Origin: Microcystis aeruginosa NIES-843
Lineage (GTDB): Bacteria; Cyanobacteriota; Cyanobacteriia; Cyanobacteriales; Microcystaceae
NCBI RefSeq assembly: GCF_000010625.1
Contig: NC_010296.1
Location: 3,360,001-3,392,000, forward strand
Reading direction: 5' to 3'
Length of the DNA: 32,000 nucleotides
Positions 8,785 through 17,000 of this stretch are shown piece by piece (within the stretch, counting starts at the first letter, position 1; every line of letters starts with the position of its first letter). Below the pieces are notes generated by a model. That model saw only the letters and a program-made list of their open reading frames with translations. It was not told the DNA's origin and searched no databases. Made by a program: the position numbers and the translations under genes.

Positions 8785-9606
8785 TCAAGTAGTTTTAAAC
8801 GGCCAAGCTTCCGCCGGTTTATCGGTAATTAAAACCTCCCCGGTCAACTGCTCATTTGCCTGTTCAATTTGTGAACAAGACCAAAACTTTTCCTCATAGG
8901 GAAAATTAGAATCAATCCCCTGATAACCAATAACGTCACCATCGAGATTTCGGCTAACATCGGTTAAAGTAATCGCGTGCCAAGATTGAGAATCGGGATA
9001 GGAAATCGGGTCTAAATCGTGGGCATCTCCGACAAAAACCACGGGACGATTCTCATCTAAAGCATTAGCCAATTCCTGATGGTCAAAACTTGCCCAATGG
9101 GAGGGGATATCATAAGAACTCAAAATTTCTTGATAATCTTCAGGATTTAAAGCACCTCCTCGACCGGGATAGTCTATTTGCAGTTGGTCTGAGAAATTAT
9201 TCGTAATGTCGGGATGAAAACACTGGACAATATTTTCCATGGTTTCGTAACCACAGGTTGGCCCCGTTTGTAAATCTGCCAACAAATGCACATTTCCTAA
9301 CCCCGTAAACCCTAATTCTTGATGGGTAATATCATTAATTAAAGCTTCTGGCGATTCATAATGAAAATCCTGATGGCAGTGGGATACATCTTGCCAAGAC
9401 TCATCAGGTTGATAGTTGAAAGTGGCCTCCATAGTCTCATTTTGCCAATTCCAATACTCTTGATTCGGCATTTCCTGCCAACCGCTTTCGGTTTCCGGCA
9501 GATTCACCTCGGTAAAATCTGGGGAAACTAACTCCAAAGCTTGACTATCTAAAGGGTTAAGCAAATAGTCTTCTGGCGCAAAGCCTTGGCCATAGAGGTC
9601 ATTCAT
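8785..9606 (-). CDS. Papain-fold cysteine peptidase, C39-like (predicted), with an acidic/aromatic N-terminal extension
   Basis: 273-aa ORF. Candidate catalytic residues are Gln113...Cys118 (LQTGPTCGYETMENI), His210 (SWHAITLTD) and Asp232 (GIDSN). This is the Q-x4-C-G ... H-hydrophobic ... D order of C39-like peptidases. A GGAGG RBS lies 7 nt before the ATG. The first ~110 aa are rich in Glu, Asp, Trp and Gln and appear domain-free. Confidence 0.6.
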   Translation of the reverse strand: MNDLYGQGFAPEDYLLNPLDSQALELVSPDFTEVNLPETESGWQEMPNQEYWNWQNETMEATFNYQPDESWQDVSHCHQDFHYESPEALINDITHQELGFTGLGNVHLLADLQTGPTCGYETMENIVQCFHPDITNNFSDQLQIDYPGRGGALNPEDYQEILSSYDIPSHWASFDHQELANALDENRPVVFVGDAHDLDPISYPDSQSWHAITLTDVSRNLDGDVIGYQGIDSNFPYEEKFWSCSQIEQANEQLTGEVLITDKPAEAWPFKTT

Positions 9607-9868
9607 GGTCGCCTCCGCTCCTTGACTGGGGCTATTTTTTAACCTAGAGAATCGGCATCACTAAGTATTTATACTTCGATGATACTCCCAACCCATGAAA
9701 GTCTAGTCTGGACGTTGATAAAAGTTAACTGATGTTGACAGCCTCGGATTTTGGGCGCAAGGCTTCACTGGTGTTAACTTAACGGTTGAGATTCCCTGTT
9801 TTTTTGATGGGTAACAATAAACCTCTCGCATAATTGATTTTTGAGGATTCAAAAACGTCAAAAAGGCG

Positions 9869-9934
9869 GATTAACTGGCAGAAAATCTCTAAATAAACCA
9901 TTTAATTGATTATTACTCATTCTTAATTCTCCTG
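9869..9934. repeat. Repeat U, copy 1: conserved 66-bp block upstream of the peptidase operon
   Basis: gattaactggcagaaaatctctaaataaaccatttaattgattattactcattcttaattctcctg equals 11686-11751 with one mismatch. On the gene strand it reads AGGAGAattaagaATGAGTAATAATCAA... Confidence 0.85.
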
Positions 9935-9977
9935 TCTCCTGTCTCCTGTCTCCTAACGACCGGCTCCTGACTCCTAA
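9929..9977. repeat. STRR-type heptamer array (CTCCTGT/CTCCTGA/CTCCTAA)
   Basis: ctcctgt x3, then ctcctaa, a 7-nt interruption, ctcctga and ctcctaa. The period is 7. Confidence 0.8.
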
Positions 9978-10047
9978 CCCCACCAACAAACTTTTTCAGC
10001 AAACCCTAGTTAATTATTTTCAGCTAGTTGACTAACAACCCATGCTC

Positions 10048-10291
10048 TTAAATTCTTTTCTGCCCTCACTTCATCCTCTTTAGCAGTGGCTAAAAATTCC
10101 TAGAGTTTAGTTTTGGGAACTAGGGGAAAAGTGCAGGGTAAGCGCATCTTAACAATCCTTGACAATTGTTAAGCAAAAATCGACCAAATGGGTCGAGTTC
10201 GCCCCTACAAAATCGACCCGCCTAAGGGCGGGAAAGAAAAGAAAAAAGAAAAAATAGGGAATGAGGGTAAAAGGGGAAAAAGGAAAAAGGG
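10048..10291. repeat. Repeat R, copy 2: conserved structured 3' flank of the TIR-FGE-sulfatase gene
   Basis: Offset of 4150 bp from copy 1. 10048-10247 is identical to 5898-6097. It abuts the stop codon at 10292-10294. Confidence 0.85.
10175..10196 (-). terminator. Candidate intrinsic terminator inside repeat R copy 2 (gene strand)
   Basis: Same TCGACC-cattt-GGTCGA-TTTTT sequence as 6025-6046. Confidence 0.4.
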
Positions 10292-11650
10292 TTAGAGAGT
10301 TCTCCCGAAAACGCAGGCTACCCGAAAACCGTAATTGTTGATGCGGTTGACGCGGCGGAAGTAGTAGTCGTAGCGAATCGCGGAACGGCAGTAATTAGGA
10401 TTGTAGCCCCAGGAACCGCCCCGCAGAGGAGAACGATTATCATTACCATTTTCTATCCAGACACTGCCATCCGTCGGCGCACCGTCATAGTTATCGTGCC
10501 AAGTATCGGCGCACCACTCCCGGACATTGCCGTGCATATCGTACAGTCCAAAGGCGTTTGGGGGAAATTGTCCCACGCGAGTTGTTTCGTTTCGATATTC
10601 TCCGTTCGGTTCATCGGCGTAGGTATTACTGGCATTGTAGTTAGCCAATTCCCCCGTAATGGTTTCCCCAAAGTAAAACGGGGTGGTGGTTCCAGCACGA
10701 CAAGCGTATTCCCATTCCGCTTCACTCGGTAGTCGGTATTCCCGAACCGTTAGTTTTGATAATCTCGCACAGAATTCGATCGCATCGTACCAGTTGACTT
10801 GTTCCACGGGACGGCGATCGCTATCGGGACGGTCTTTAAAATAGGCTGGCTTGAAATCAAGGTCTTGTTTAACTTTTAAATCCGTGCGAGAGGCGATCGC
10901 TTTCCACTGGGCCTGGGTGATGGGGTATTTACCCATAAAGAAGGGTGGGACAGTTACTTCATGTTGTGGTCTTTCCCTTCTAAATCCTTCCCAATTAAAT
11001 TTTTTAACCAGTCTTTCGATTTCCTCATCTTCTGTTCCCATCAGGAAAGTTCCCCCCGGAATGGCGACCATTTCTAAGGTGATGCCTTTGCCCAGATCTT
11101 CCCTGAAATATTGGGACTGTTTCGACTCTTTTCTAATTTGCTCACCCTTCGCATTTACTCCCACCACCTCAAAGTTAAATACTGATAACAGTTGTTTTGG
11201 CTCTTCCGGTTCAAGCTTGAACTGATAGCCAATTGCTCTTTCTAGTTGCTCAAATCCGTCTTCTTCCCAATAATCAAGCCGGTGAATATCTCGCAGATTC
11301 AAGCTAACTTCTGCAAGTCGCAGATCAGGAATTTCGCATTCTTCTAACCTCATGGGAATAAAAAAAATTGTCCCCGGTAGCATCTCTCCCAAGGTATCAA
11401 GTGCAATCCTCAACTCCCGTTGGATGTATCCCTGCTTATTAGCTGATTTCGCTGACAGACAGGCGAGAAAAATCTGACTAGCTTTAATCGCTTTCGGAAT
11501 TTCATCTCGCCAAATTTGACCCGGAATCAGGTCTTTTTTATCCAACCAAGGTTTATATCCCGCTTGCTTAAGGCGGTCATACAGTGCCAAAACTGCTGGT
11601 TTGTCCTCACTGGCATGGGCCAAGAAAATTTGGATCTCTGACTTTTTCAT
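10292..11650 (-). CDS. TIR domain + FGE-sulfatase (SUMF1)-like domain fusion protein
   Basis: The N-terminus IQIFLAHASEDKPAVLALYDRLKQAGYKPWLDKKDLIPGQIWRDEI...IFLACLSAKSANKQGYIQRELRIAL is a bacterial TIR (TIR_2-type) pattern with candidate catalytic Glu79. The C-terminal part (about 10295-11090) is a paralogue of the 6138-8756 C-terminus (LEMVAIPGGTFLMG...RPQHEVTVPPFFMGKYPITQAQW...YRLPSEAEWEYACRAGTTTPFYFG...RGGSW). Confidence 0.9.
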   Translation of the reverse strand: MKKSEIQIFLAHASEDKPAVLALYDRLKQAGYKPWLDKKDLIPGQIWRDEIPKAIKASQIFLACLSAKSANKQGYIQRELRIALDTLGEMLPGTIFFIPMRLEECEIPDLRLAEVSLNLRDIHRLDYWEEDGFEQLERAIGYQFKLEPEEPKQLLSVFNFEVVGVNAKGEQIRKESKQSQYFREDLGKGITLEMVAIPGGTFLMGTEDEEIERLVKKFNWEGFRRERPQHEVTVPPFFMGKYPITQAQWKAIASRTDLKVKQDLDFKPAYFKDRPDSDRRPVEQVNWYDAIEFCARLSKLTVREYRLPSEAEWEYACRAGTTTPFYFGETITGELANYNASNTYADEPNGEYRNETTRVGQFPPNAFGLYDMHGNVREWCADTWHDNYDGAPTDGSVWIENGNDNRSPLRGGSWGYNPNYCRSAIRYDYYFRRVNRINNYGFRVACVFGRTL

Positions 11651-11685
11651 AACTTTTTCTTATGACCACAAGTAGGGGAGAGCCA

Positions 11686-11751
11686 GATTAACTGGCATAA
11701 AATCTCTAAATAAACCATTTAATTGATTATTACTCATTCTTAATTCTCCTG
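11686..11751. repeat. Repeat U, copy 2: conserved 66-bp block upstream of the TIR gene
   Basis: gattaactggcataaaatctctaaataaaccatttaattgattattactcattcttaattctcctg. See 9869-9934. Confidence 0.85.
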
Positions 11752-11892
11752 ACTACTGTCTCCTGCCTCCTGACTACTGTCTCCTGACTACTGCCTACTG
11801 TCTCCTGACTACTGCCTACTGTCTCCTGACTACTGTCTCCTGTCTCGGAGTCTCCTGACTACTGCCTACTGTCTCCTGACTACTGCCTACTG
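11746..11892. repeat. STRR-type heptamer array (CTCCTGA/CTACTGC/CTACTGT), ~21 units
   Basis: ctcctga ctactgt ctcctgc ctcctga ctactgt ctcctga ctactgc ctactgt ... The period is 7, with one short interruption (ctcggag). Confidence 0.85.
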
Positions 11893-12032
11893 AATCCTCA
11901 CCAACCACGACAATTTGGGATTTTTACAGCAAGTCCACTTTCTCACTTTCCCCACCCGTGACCTTTTTCCGTTAGATTATAAATGGATACAAAACTTAAC
12001 ATTTTATCCAGAATCTACCGAGAGGGCAGACC

Positions 12033-13493
12033 GTGCGGCCAGATACCCTAGAAAATAACCAGCATTCAGCCGATAATTCGCTAGTTCCCGAAGTTATCGC
12101 ATTTAAACCCGAAATTGAGCCAGAGGAACCCGAATACTCGCCAAAACCGACAAAAACCAACTCTTGGCTATCGGGAGGAAAGGGTTTATTTATCGGTGTG
12201 GGATTGGGGGTTTTATTGACCCTGGGGGCGACTCGTTTCGCTAATCGACCCCAAACAGCCCAAAACCCCAATACTCAGCCCGTAGCGGCAAAAAATGAAG
12301 CACCAGCACAAACAGTAACCACCACTAGGGTAGAATTTACTCCCGTGGCCCGCACCCTGAAAGCGACTGGAAGCGTGGCAGCCGATGAATTAATCCCGAT
12401 TCTTTCCCAAGCGACGGGACTACAAATCAAAGAAATCTTTGTGGATGAAGGGGATAGGGTCAGCCAAGGTCAAATTTTGGCTCGTCTCGATGATACCGTC
12501 CTACAAGCGCAATTAACCCAAGCACAGGCAAATGTCGCCCAATCCCGGGCGCGTTTGGCAGAATTGCAAGCGGGTAGCCGTAAAGAGGAGATCGCTGGAG
12601 CTAAACAAACTATTCAACGCATAAAAGCCGAAATTAGTCAAGCTCAATCGGATTGGGATTTGGCCAAAAAACGCGTCCAGAGAAACCAAAGTTTAGAAGC
12701 GGAAGGAGCGATCGCCCGGGATCGTCTCGATGAAGTCCTCAATGAAGAAAGAAAGCAAGCGGCGATCGTACAACAGACCCAATCCCGTTTAGGAGAAGCA
12801 GAGCAGCAACTGGCACAATTGCAAGCAGGCAATCGTCCTGAAGTGATAGCCCAAGCTACAGCCCAATTAGCGGAAGCTCAAAGCCGTTTAGCCATTGTTA
12901 AAGCCCAATTAAACGAGACGCGCCTGATTTCCCCGGTCAGTGGCAAAATTGCCGAAAGAAATGGCCGCATCGGGGACACCACCAACGGTCAAAATGCTCT
13001 CTTTAAAATCATCGAAAACGGCCGTTTAGAGCTAAGATTGCGGGTTCCTGAGAATCAATTGCCCTTAATCCGCGTCGGAGCGCCCGTTACTATCACTTCC
13101 GATGCTAATACCAGTCTGAAACTATCGGGACAGGTGCGCGAAATTAATCCCATCGTCGATGAGGCATCCCGTCAAGCAACGGTTAAAGTCGATTTAACCG
13201 ACAATACAGGGTTAAAACCGGGGATGTTTTTACGAGGTGCGATCGTGACGAATACTAGCAACAGTTTAACCGTCCCCATGACCGCAGTTTTACCCCAAAA
13301 AGATAATCAAGCTCTAGTTTATTTAGTTGAACCTGATAACACCGTTACCGCCAAAACTGTGCAATTAGGTCAAATTATGCCGAATAATCGCGTGGAAATT
13401 CTCACCGGTTTACAAGCGGGCGATCGCATTGTGGTCAAAGGGGCAGCCTATCTCGGTGATGGCGACAAAATTACAGCAATCAGTGATCAGTAA
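12033..13493 (+). CDS. Efflux RND transporter periplasmic adaptor subunit (HlyD/MFP family)
   Basis: 486-aa ORF from GTG 12033. It has an N-terminal TM anchor (GLFIGVGLGVLLTLGA), a lipoyl-like motif (I.EIFVDEGDRVSQGQILARLDD), long coiled-coil hairpin repeats (LAELQAG / LAQLQAG) and beta-barrel motifs (ISPVSGKIAERN...). The exact start is uncertain. Confidence 0.85.
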   Translation: MRPDTLENNQHSADNSLVPEVIAFKPEIEPEEPEYSPKPTKTNSWLSGGKGLFIGVGLGVLLTLGATRFANRPQTAQNPNTQPVAAKNEAPAQTVTTTRVEFTPVARTLKATGSVAADELIPILSQATGLQIKEIFVDEGDRVSQGQILARLDDTVLQAQLTQAQANVAQSRARLAELQAGSRKEEIAGAKQTIQRIKAEISQAQSDWDLAKKRVQRNQSLEAEGAIARDRLDEVLNEERKQAAIVQQTQSRLGEAEQQLAQLQAGNRPEVIAQATAQLAEAQSRLAIVKAQLNETRLISPVSGKIAERNGRIGDTTNGQNALFKIIENGRLELRLRVPENQLPLIRVGAPVTITSDANTSLKLSGQVREINPIVDEASRQATVKVDLTDNTGLKPGMFLRGAIVTNTSNSLTVPMTAVLPQKDNQALVYLVEPDNTVTAKTVQLGQIMPNNRVEILTGLQAGDRIVVKGAAYLGDGDKITAISDQ

Positions 13494-13543
13494 TCAGTGA
13501 TCAGTAAACAGTAATCAGTAAACAGTAATCAGTAATCAGTGAT
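13474..13543. repeat. STRR-type heptamer array (CAGTGAT/CAGTAAT/CAGTAAA), 10 units
   Basis: cagcaat cagtgat cagtaat cagtgat cagtaaa cagtaat cagtaaa cagtaat cagtaat cagtgat. It spans the last codons and the stop of the adaptor gene. Confidence 0.9.
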
Positions 13544-13561
13544 CGGTAGCGGGGCAAACGG

Positions 13562-13942
13562 ATGGAGAGTAAAGTTTATGATAAAGCTTATAAATTTGCC
13601 ATTAGGATTGTTAAAGGCTATAAATATTTGTGTGAGACTAAACAAGAATATGTTTTGTCAAAACAGCTATTAAGGAGTGGCACTTCAATCGGGGCTAACA
13701 TTGCCGAGGCTAATGGAGCTATTTCTCAAGCTGATTTTCGAGCTAAAATGTCAATAGCTTATAAGGAATGTCTAGAAACAAAGTATTGGCTGTCTCTATT
13801 GAAAGACACGAATTACATAGAGGAAAGAGCCTTTCAAAGTATCAATGATGATGCGGAGGAAATTGGTAAAATGCTTTGGGCTATTCTAAAAACCTGCCAA
13901 GAAAATACCAAAAACCAAAAACTGATAACTGATAACCGGTAA
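13562..13942 (+). CDS. Four-helix-bundle protein (23S rRNA intervening-sequence protein / Avd-like family)
   Basis: 126-aa ORF with Y.KAYKFAIRIVK...LSKQLLRSGTSIGANIAEANGA.S..DF..K..IA.KE..ET.YWL.LL. The R-S-x-x-S-I-x-A-N-I-A-E motif is diagnostic for this family. Confidence 0.85.
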   Translation: MESKVYDKAYKFAIRIVKGYKYLCETKQEYVLSKQLLRSGTSIGANIAEANGAISQADFRAKMSIAYKECLETKYWLSLLKDTNYIEERAFQSINDDAEEIGKMLWAILKTCQENTKNQKLITDNR

Positions 13943-14010
13943 CTGAAAACTCACATCTGGTAACTGATAACTTACCCACTGATAACTGATAACTGATAAC
14001 TGATAACTGA
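13922..14010. repeat. STRR-type heptamer array (CTGATAA and variants)
   Basis: A degenerate part runs 13922-13978. Then ctgataa x4 + ctga occupies 13979-14010. It overlaps the last codons of the four-helix-bundle gene and ends 4 nt before the RND start codon. Its reverse complement (ATCAGTT)n differs by one base per unit from the left-hand array (ATCAGTA)n. Confidence 0.9.
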
Positions 14011-14014
14011 AATT

Positions 14015-17000
14015 ATGGCTTTTAATATTTCTAATTGGTCTATCAAAAATCCCATTCCGACGATCCTGATCTCCCTGGTTATGGCCTTAATGGGATACAT
14101 TGCCTTTCTAGGATTAGGGATCGATCGCTCTCCTAATATTGACATTCCGGCCGTGATTATCACCGTTAATCAACCCGGCGCAGGTCCAGAGGAATTGGAA
14201 ACCCAAGTCACCAAAAAAGTCGAGGATGCGGTGGCTGCTTTGGGTAATATCGATCAAATTACTTCTACCATCAACGAAGGCAGCAGCACCACCACCGTTA
14301 ACTTTATCCTTGGCACTAACAGCGATCGCGCTACCAATGATGTGCGGAATGCCATAGCGCAAATTCGGCAGGATTTACCCCAAGATGCTAATGATCCAAT
14401 TGTCCAACGTTTAGAATTTGCCGGGGGGGCGGTGATGAACTATACCATCTCCTCCCCGAAAAGATCGATCGCCGAATTAAGTGATCTAGTCGATCGTCAA
14501 ATCGGCCGCGCTTTAACGGGAGTGCCGGGGGTAGCACGAGTTGATCGCGTTGGGGGAGTCGATCGAGAAGTGCGTGTAGATTTAGATCCCGGTCGTCTGA
14601 TCGCCTACGGTATCACGGCCACGGCGGTTAATGACCAAATTCGTAGTTTTAATATTAATTTACCCGGAGGGCGCTCGGAAATCGCCGGCAGTGAACAAAC
14701 TGTCCGCACCCTCGGCAGCGCTGAAACGATCGAAGATTTAAGAAATTATCAAATCTCTTTACCTAACGGTGATACCGTCCCCTTAAGCAATTTAGGGACA
14801 GTTAGGGATAGTTCCAGCGATCCCCGACAAATGGCCCTCTTAGATGGGCAGCCAGTGGTGGGTTTTTCGATTTTACGGGGGACTGGCAGCACCTTGGTCA
14901 CGGTAGAAACAGCAGTGCGCCAAGAAATCGAGAATTTAAAGAAAAAACTGCCCGAAGATATTAAATTTCAATTAATTTTTACCCGTGCTGACTCAATTCG
15001 TGCTAGTTACGAAAGCCTTCTGAGCGATCTCCTGATTGGTTGTATGATGACGGTGATCACGGTGGGTCTATTTTTAGGCAATTGGCGCGCCACGATTATC
15101 ACGGGTTTGGCCCTGCCTTTGTCGATTTTCCCGACTTTTTGGGTGATGCAGTCCCTAAATTATACCCTTAACGGTATGACCCTGCTGGCCTTAGCTTTAG
15201 CTTTGGGGAATCTGGTGGATGATGCGGTGTGTATGGTGGAGGACATCGATCAACATTTAGCTATGGGTAAAAAACCCCTGCAAGCGGCCTTTGATGCCTC
15301 AAAAGAGATTGGATTAGCCGTTTTAGCCAGTGCGGCGGCAATTATAGCGGTATTCCTGCCGGTTGCTTTTATGGGCGGTGTGCCGGGCCAATTCTTTCAA
15401 CCTTTCGGCGTTACTGTGGCGGTTTCTACCCTATTTTCCAGTTTGATCGCTGTCACCGTCACCCCGATGTTAAGTGCCTATATTCTACAGCCGAAAAAGC
15501 TGAAAACCGGTGATGGTAATCCCTCCTCGCTCCCGCGTTTTCGTCCCTACAAAAGTTTGTTAACTTGGTCCCTACGTCATCGAATCCTGACTTTATTGGC
15601 GGCTTTGGCCTTTTTTATCGGTAGTTTACAGTTAGTTCCCTTGATTCCGAAAGGATTATTTAGTTCCGGGGATACCGGATTAAGTACGATCAGCCTAGAA
15701 TTGCCTCCCGGTGCGACTTTGAATGATACTGTTGCCGTGGCCAATCAGGTGAATAGTTTACTGCAAAAAAATACCGCCGTCGCTAATGTTTTGGCTATTC
15801 CGGGAGATTCGGGACGGGTAAATACGGGGTTAATATATGTTAATTTAGTTCCTAAGGAACAGCGATCGCTAACTCAACGGCAATTTGAGGAACAAACCCG
15901 CCTGGATTTCCAGAAGATACCTGGTGCTAGAGTTAGTTTTCGGGCGCAGGGTGGAGCAGGAAGCACTAAGGATGTCGCTATTATTTTAAAAAGTGAAAAT
16001 GGCGATATTTTAACCCAAACTGCCCAAAAATTAGAGCGAGAAATGCGGGCTTTACCCGGTTTTGTCGAGGTCAGTTCTGGGGTAAGTTTAGTTAAACCGG
16101 AGCTCATTATTCAACCGGATCCCGTCCGGGCTGCCGATCAGGGAGTCTCGGTCAGAGCGATCGCCCGTACTGCATCTTTAGCTTTAATCGGCGATAATGA
16201 GTTTAATTTAGCTAAATTTAACCTTGCTGACCGACAAATTCCCATCCGGGTGAAAATTGCCAACGATGGACGCAGTGAGATAGAAACTCTGCAAAATTTG
16301 CGCGTTCCTAGCAGTAATGGGACGTTAGTTCCGCTTAACTCGGTGGCGACAATTAGCTTAGGTAGTGGACCTGCGGAAATTCAACGCTTTAACCGTCAAC
16401 GTCAGGTTAATATTGGAGCTAATTTAGAGGGAGTTTCTTTGGGAAGTGCGGTGACACAAATTCGCGCTTTACCAACTATGAAAAACTTACCCCCAGAGGT
16501 GACAGAAGAACCCTTTGGTGATGCTCGCATTATGCGCGATATCTTTGCTCGTTTTTTGGGGGCGTTAAGTTTAGCAATTATTTCTATCTATGGGATTCTG
16601 GTCTTATTGTATAACAATTTTCTCTATCCCCTAGCGATTTTAACTTCCCTTCCTTTATCGATTGGTGGTACTTTAATCGCTCTTTTAATTACCCAAAAAG
16701 AGTTAGGTTTATACGCTTTAATTGGCATAGTTTTACTGATGGGATTAGTCACTAAAAATGCGATTCTGTTAGTCGATTTTGCCCTGAGTGGCATTGAGGC
16801 AGGGAAACCGCAATTTCAGGCGATGATTGATTCGGGAGTCTCTCGTTTACGACCAATTATTATGACCTCCGTTTCCACAATTGCCGGGATGTTACCGATT
16901 GCTTTAGCTTTGGGTGCAGATGGGGAAATTCGCGCACCGATGGCGATTGCCGTTATTGGTGGTTTTACCACTTCCACCCTGTTAACTTTGGTGGTTGTGC

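Noticed and set aside
12644-12832. Small antisense ORFs inside the efflux genes, aspS and the P-type ATPase (for example 12644-12832, 14114-14362, 15874-16107, 4075-5401 and 27867-29741)
   Set aside because: All are nested in strongly supported long CDSs on the opposite strand or in another frame.
13562-13942. Diversity-generating retroelement (the four-helix-bundle protein is Avd-like)
   Set aside because: No reverse transcriptase gene and no template/variable repeat pair is visible anywhere nearby. Stand-alone members of this family are common.
11746-14010. Possible CRISPR arrays (regularly spaced short repeats at 11746-11892, 13474-13543 and 13922-14010)
   Set aside because: The period is 7 bp with no unique spacers. 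These are STRR-type heptamer microsatellites, not 28-37-bp repeats separated by spacers. There are no cas genes in the window.
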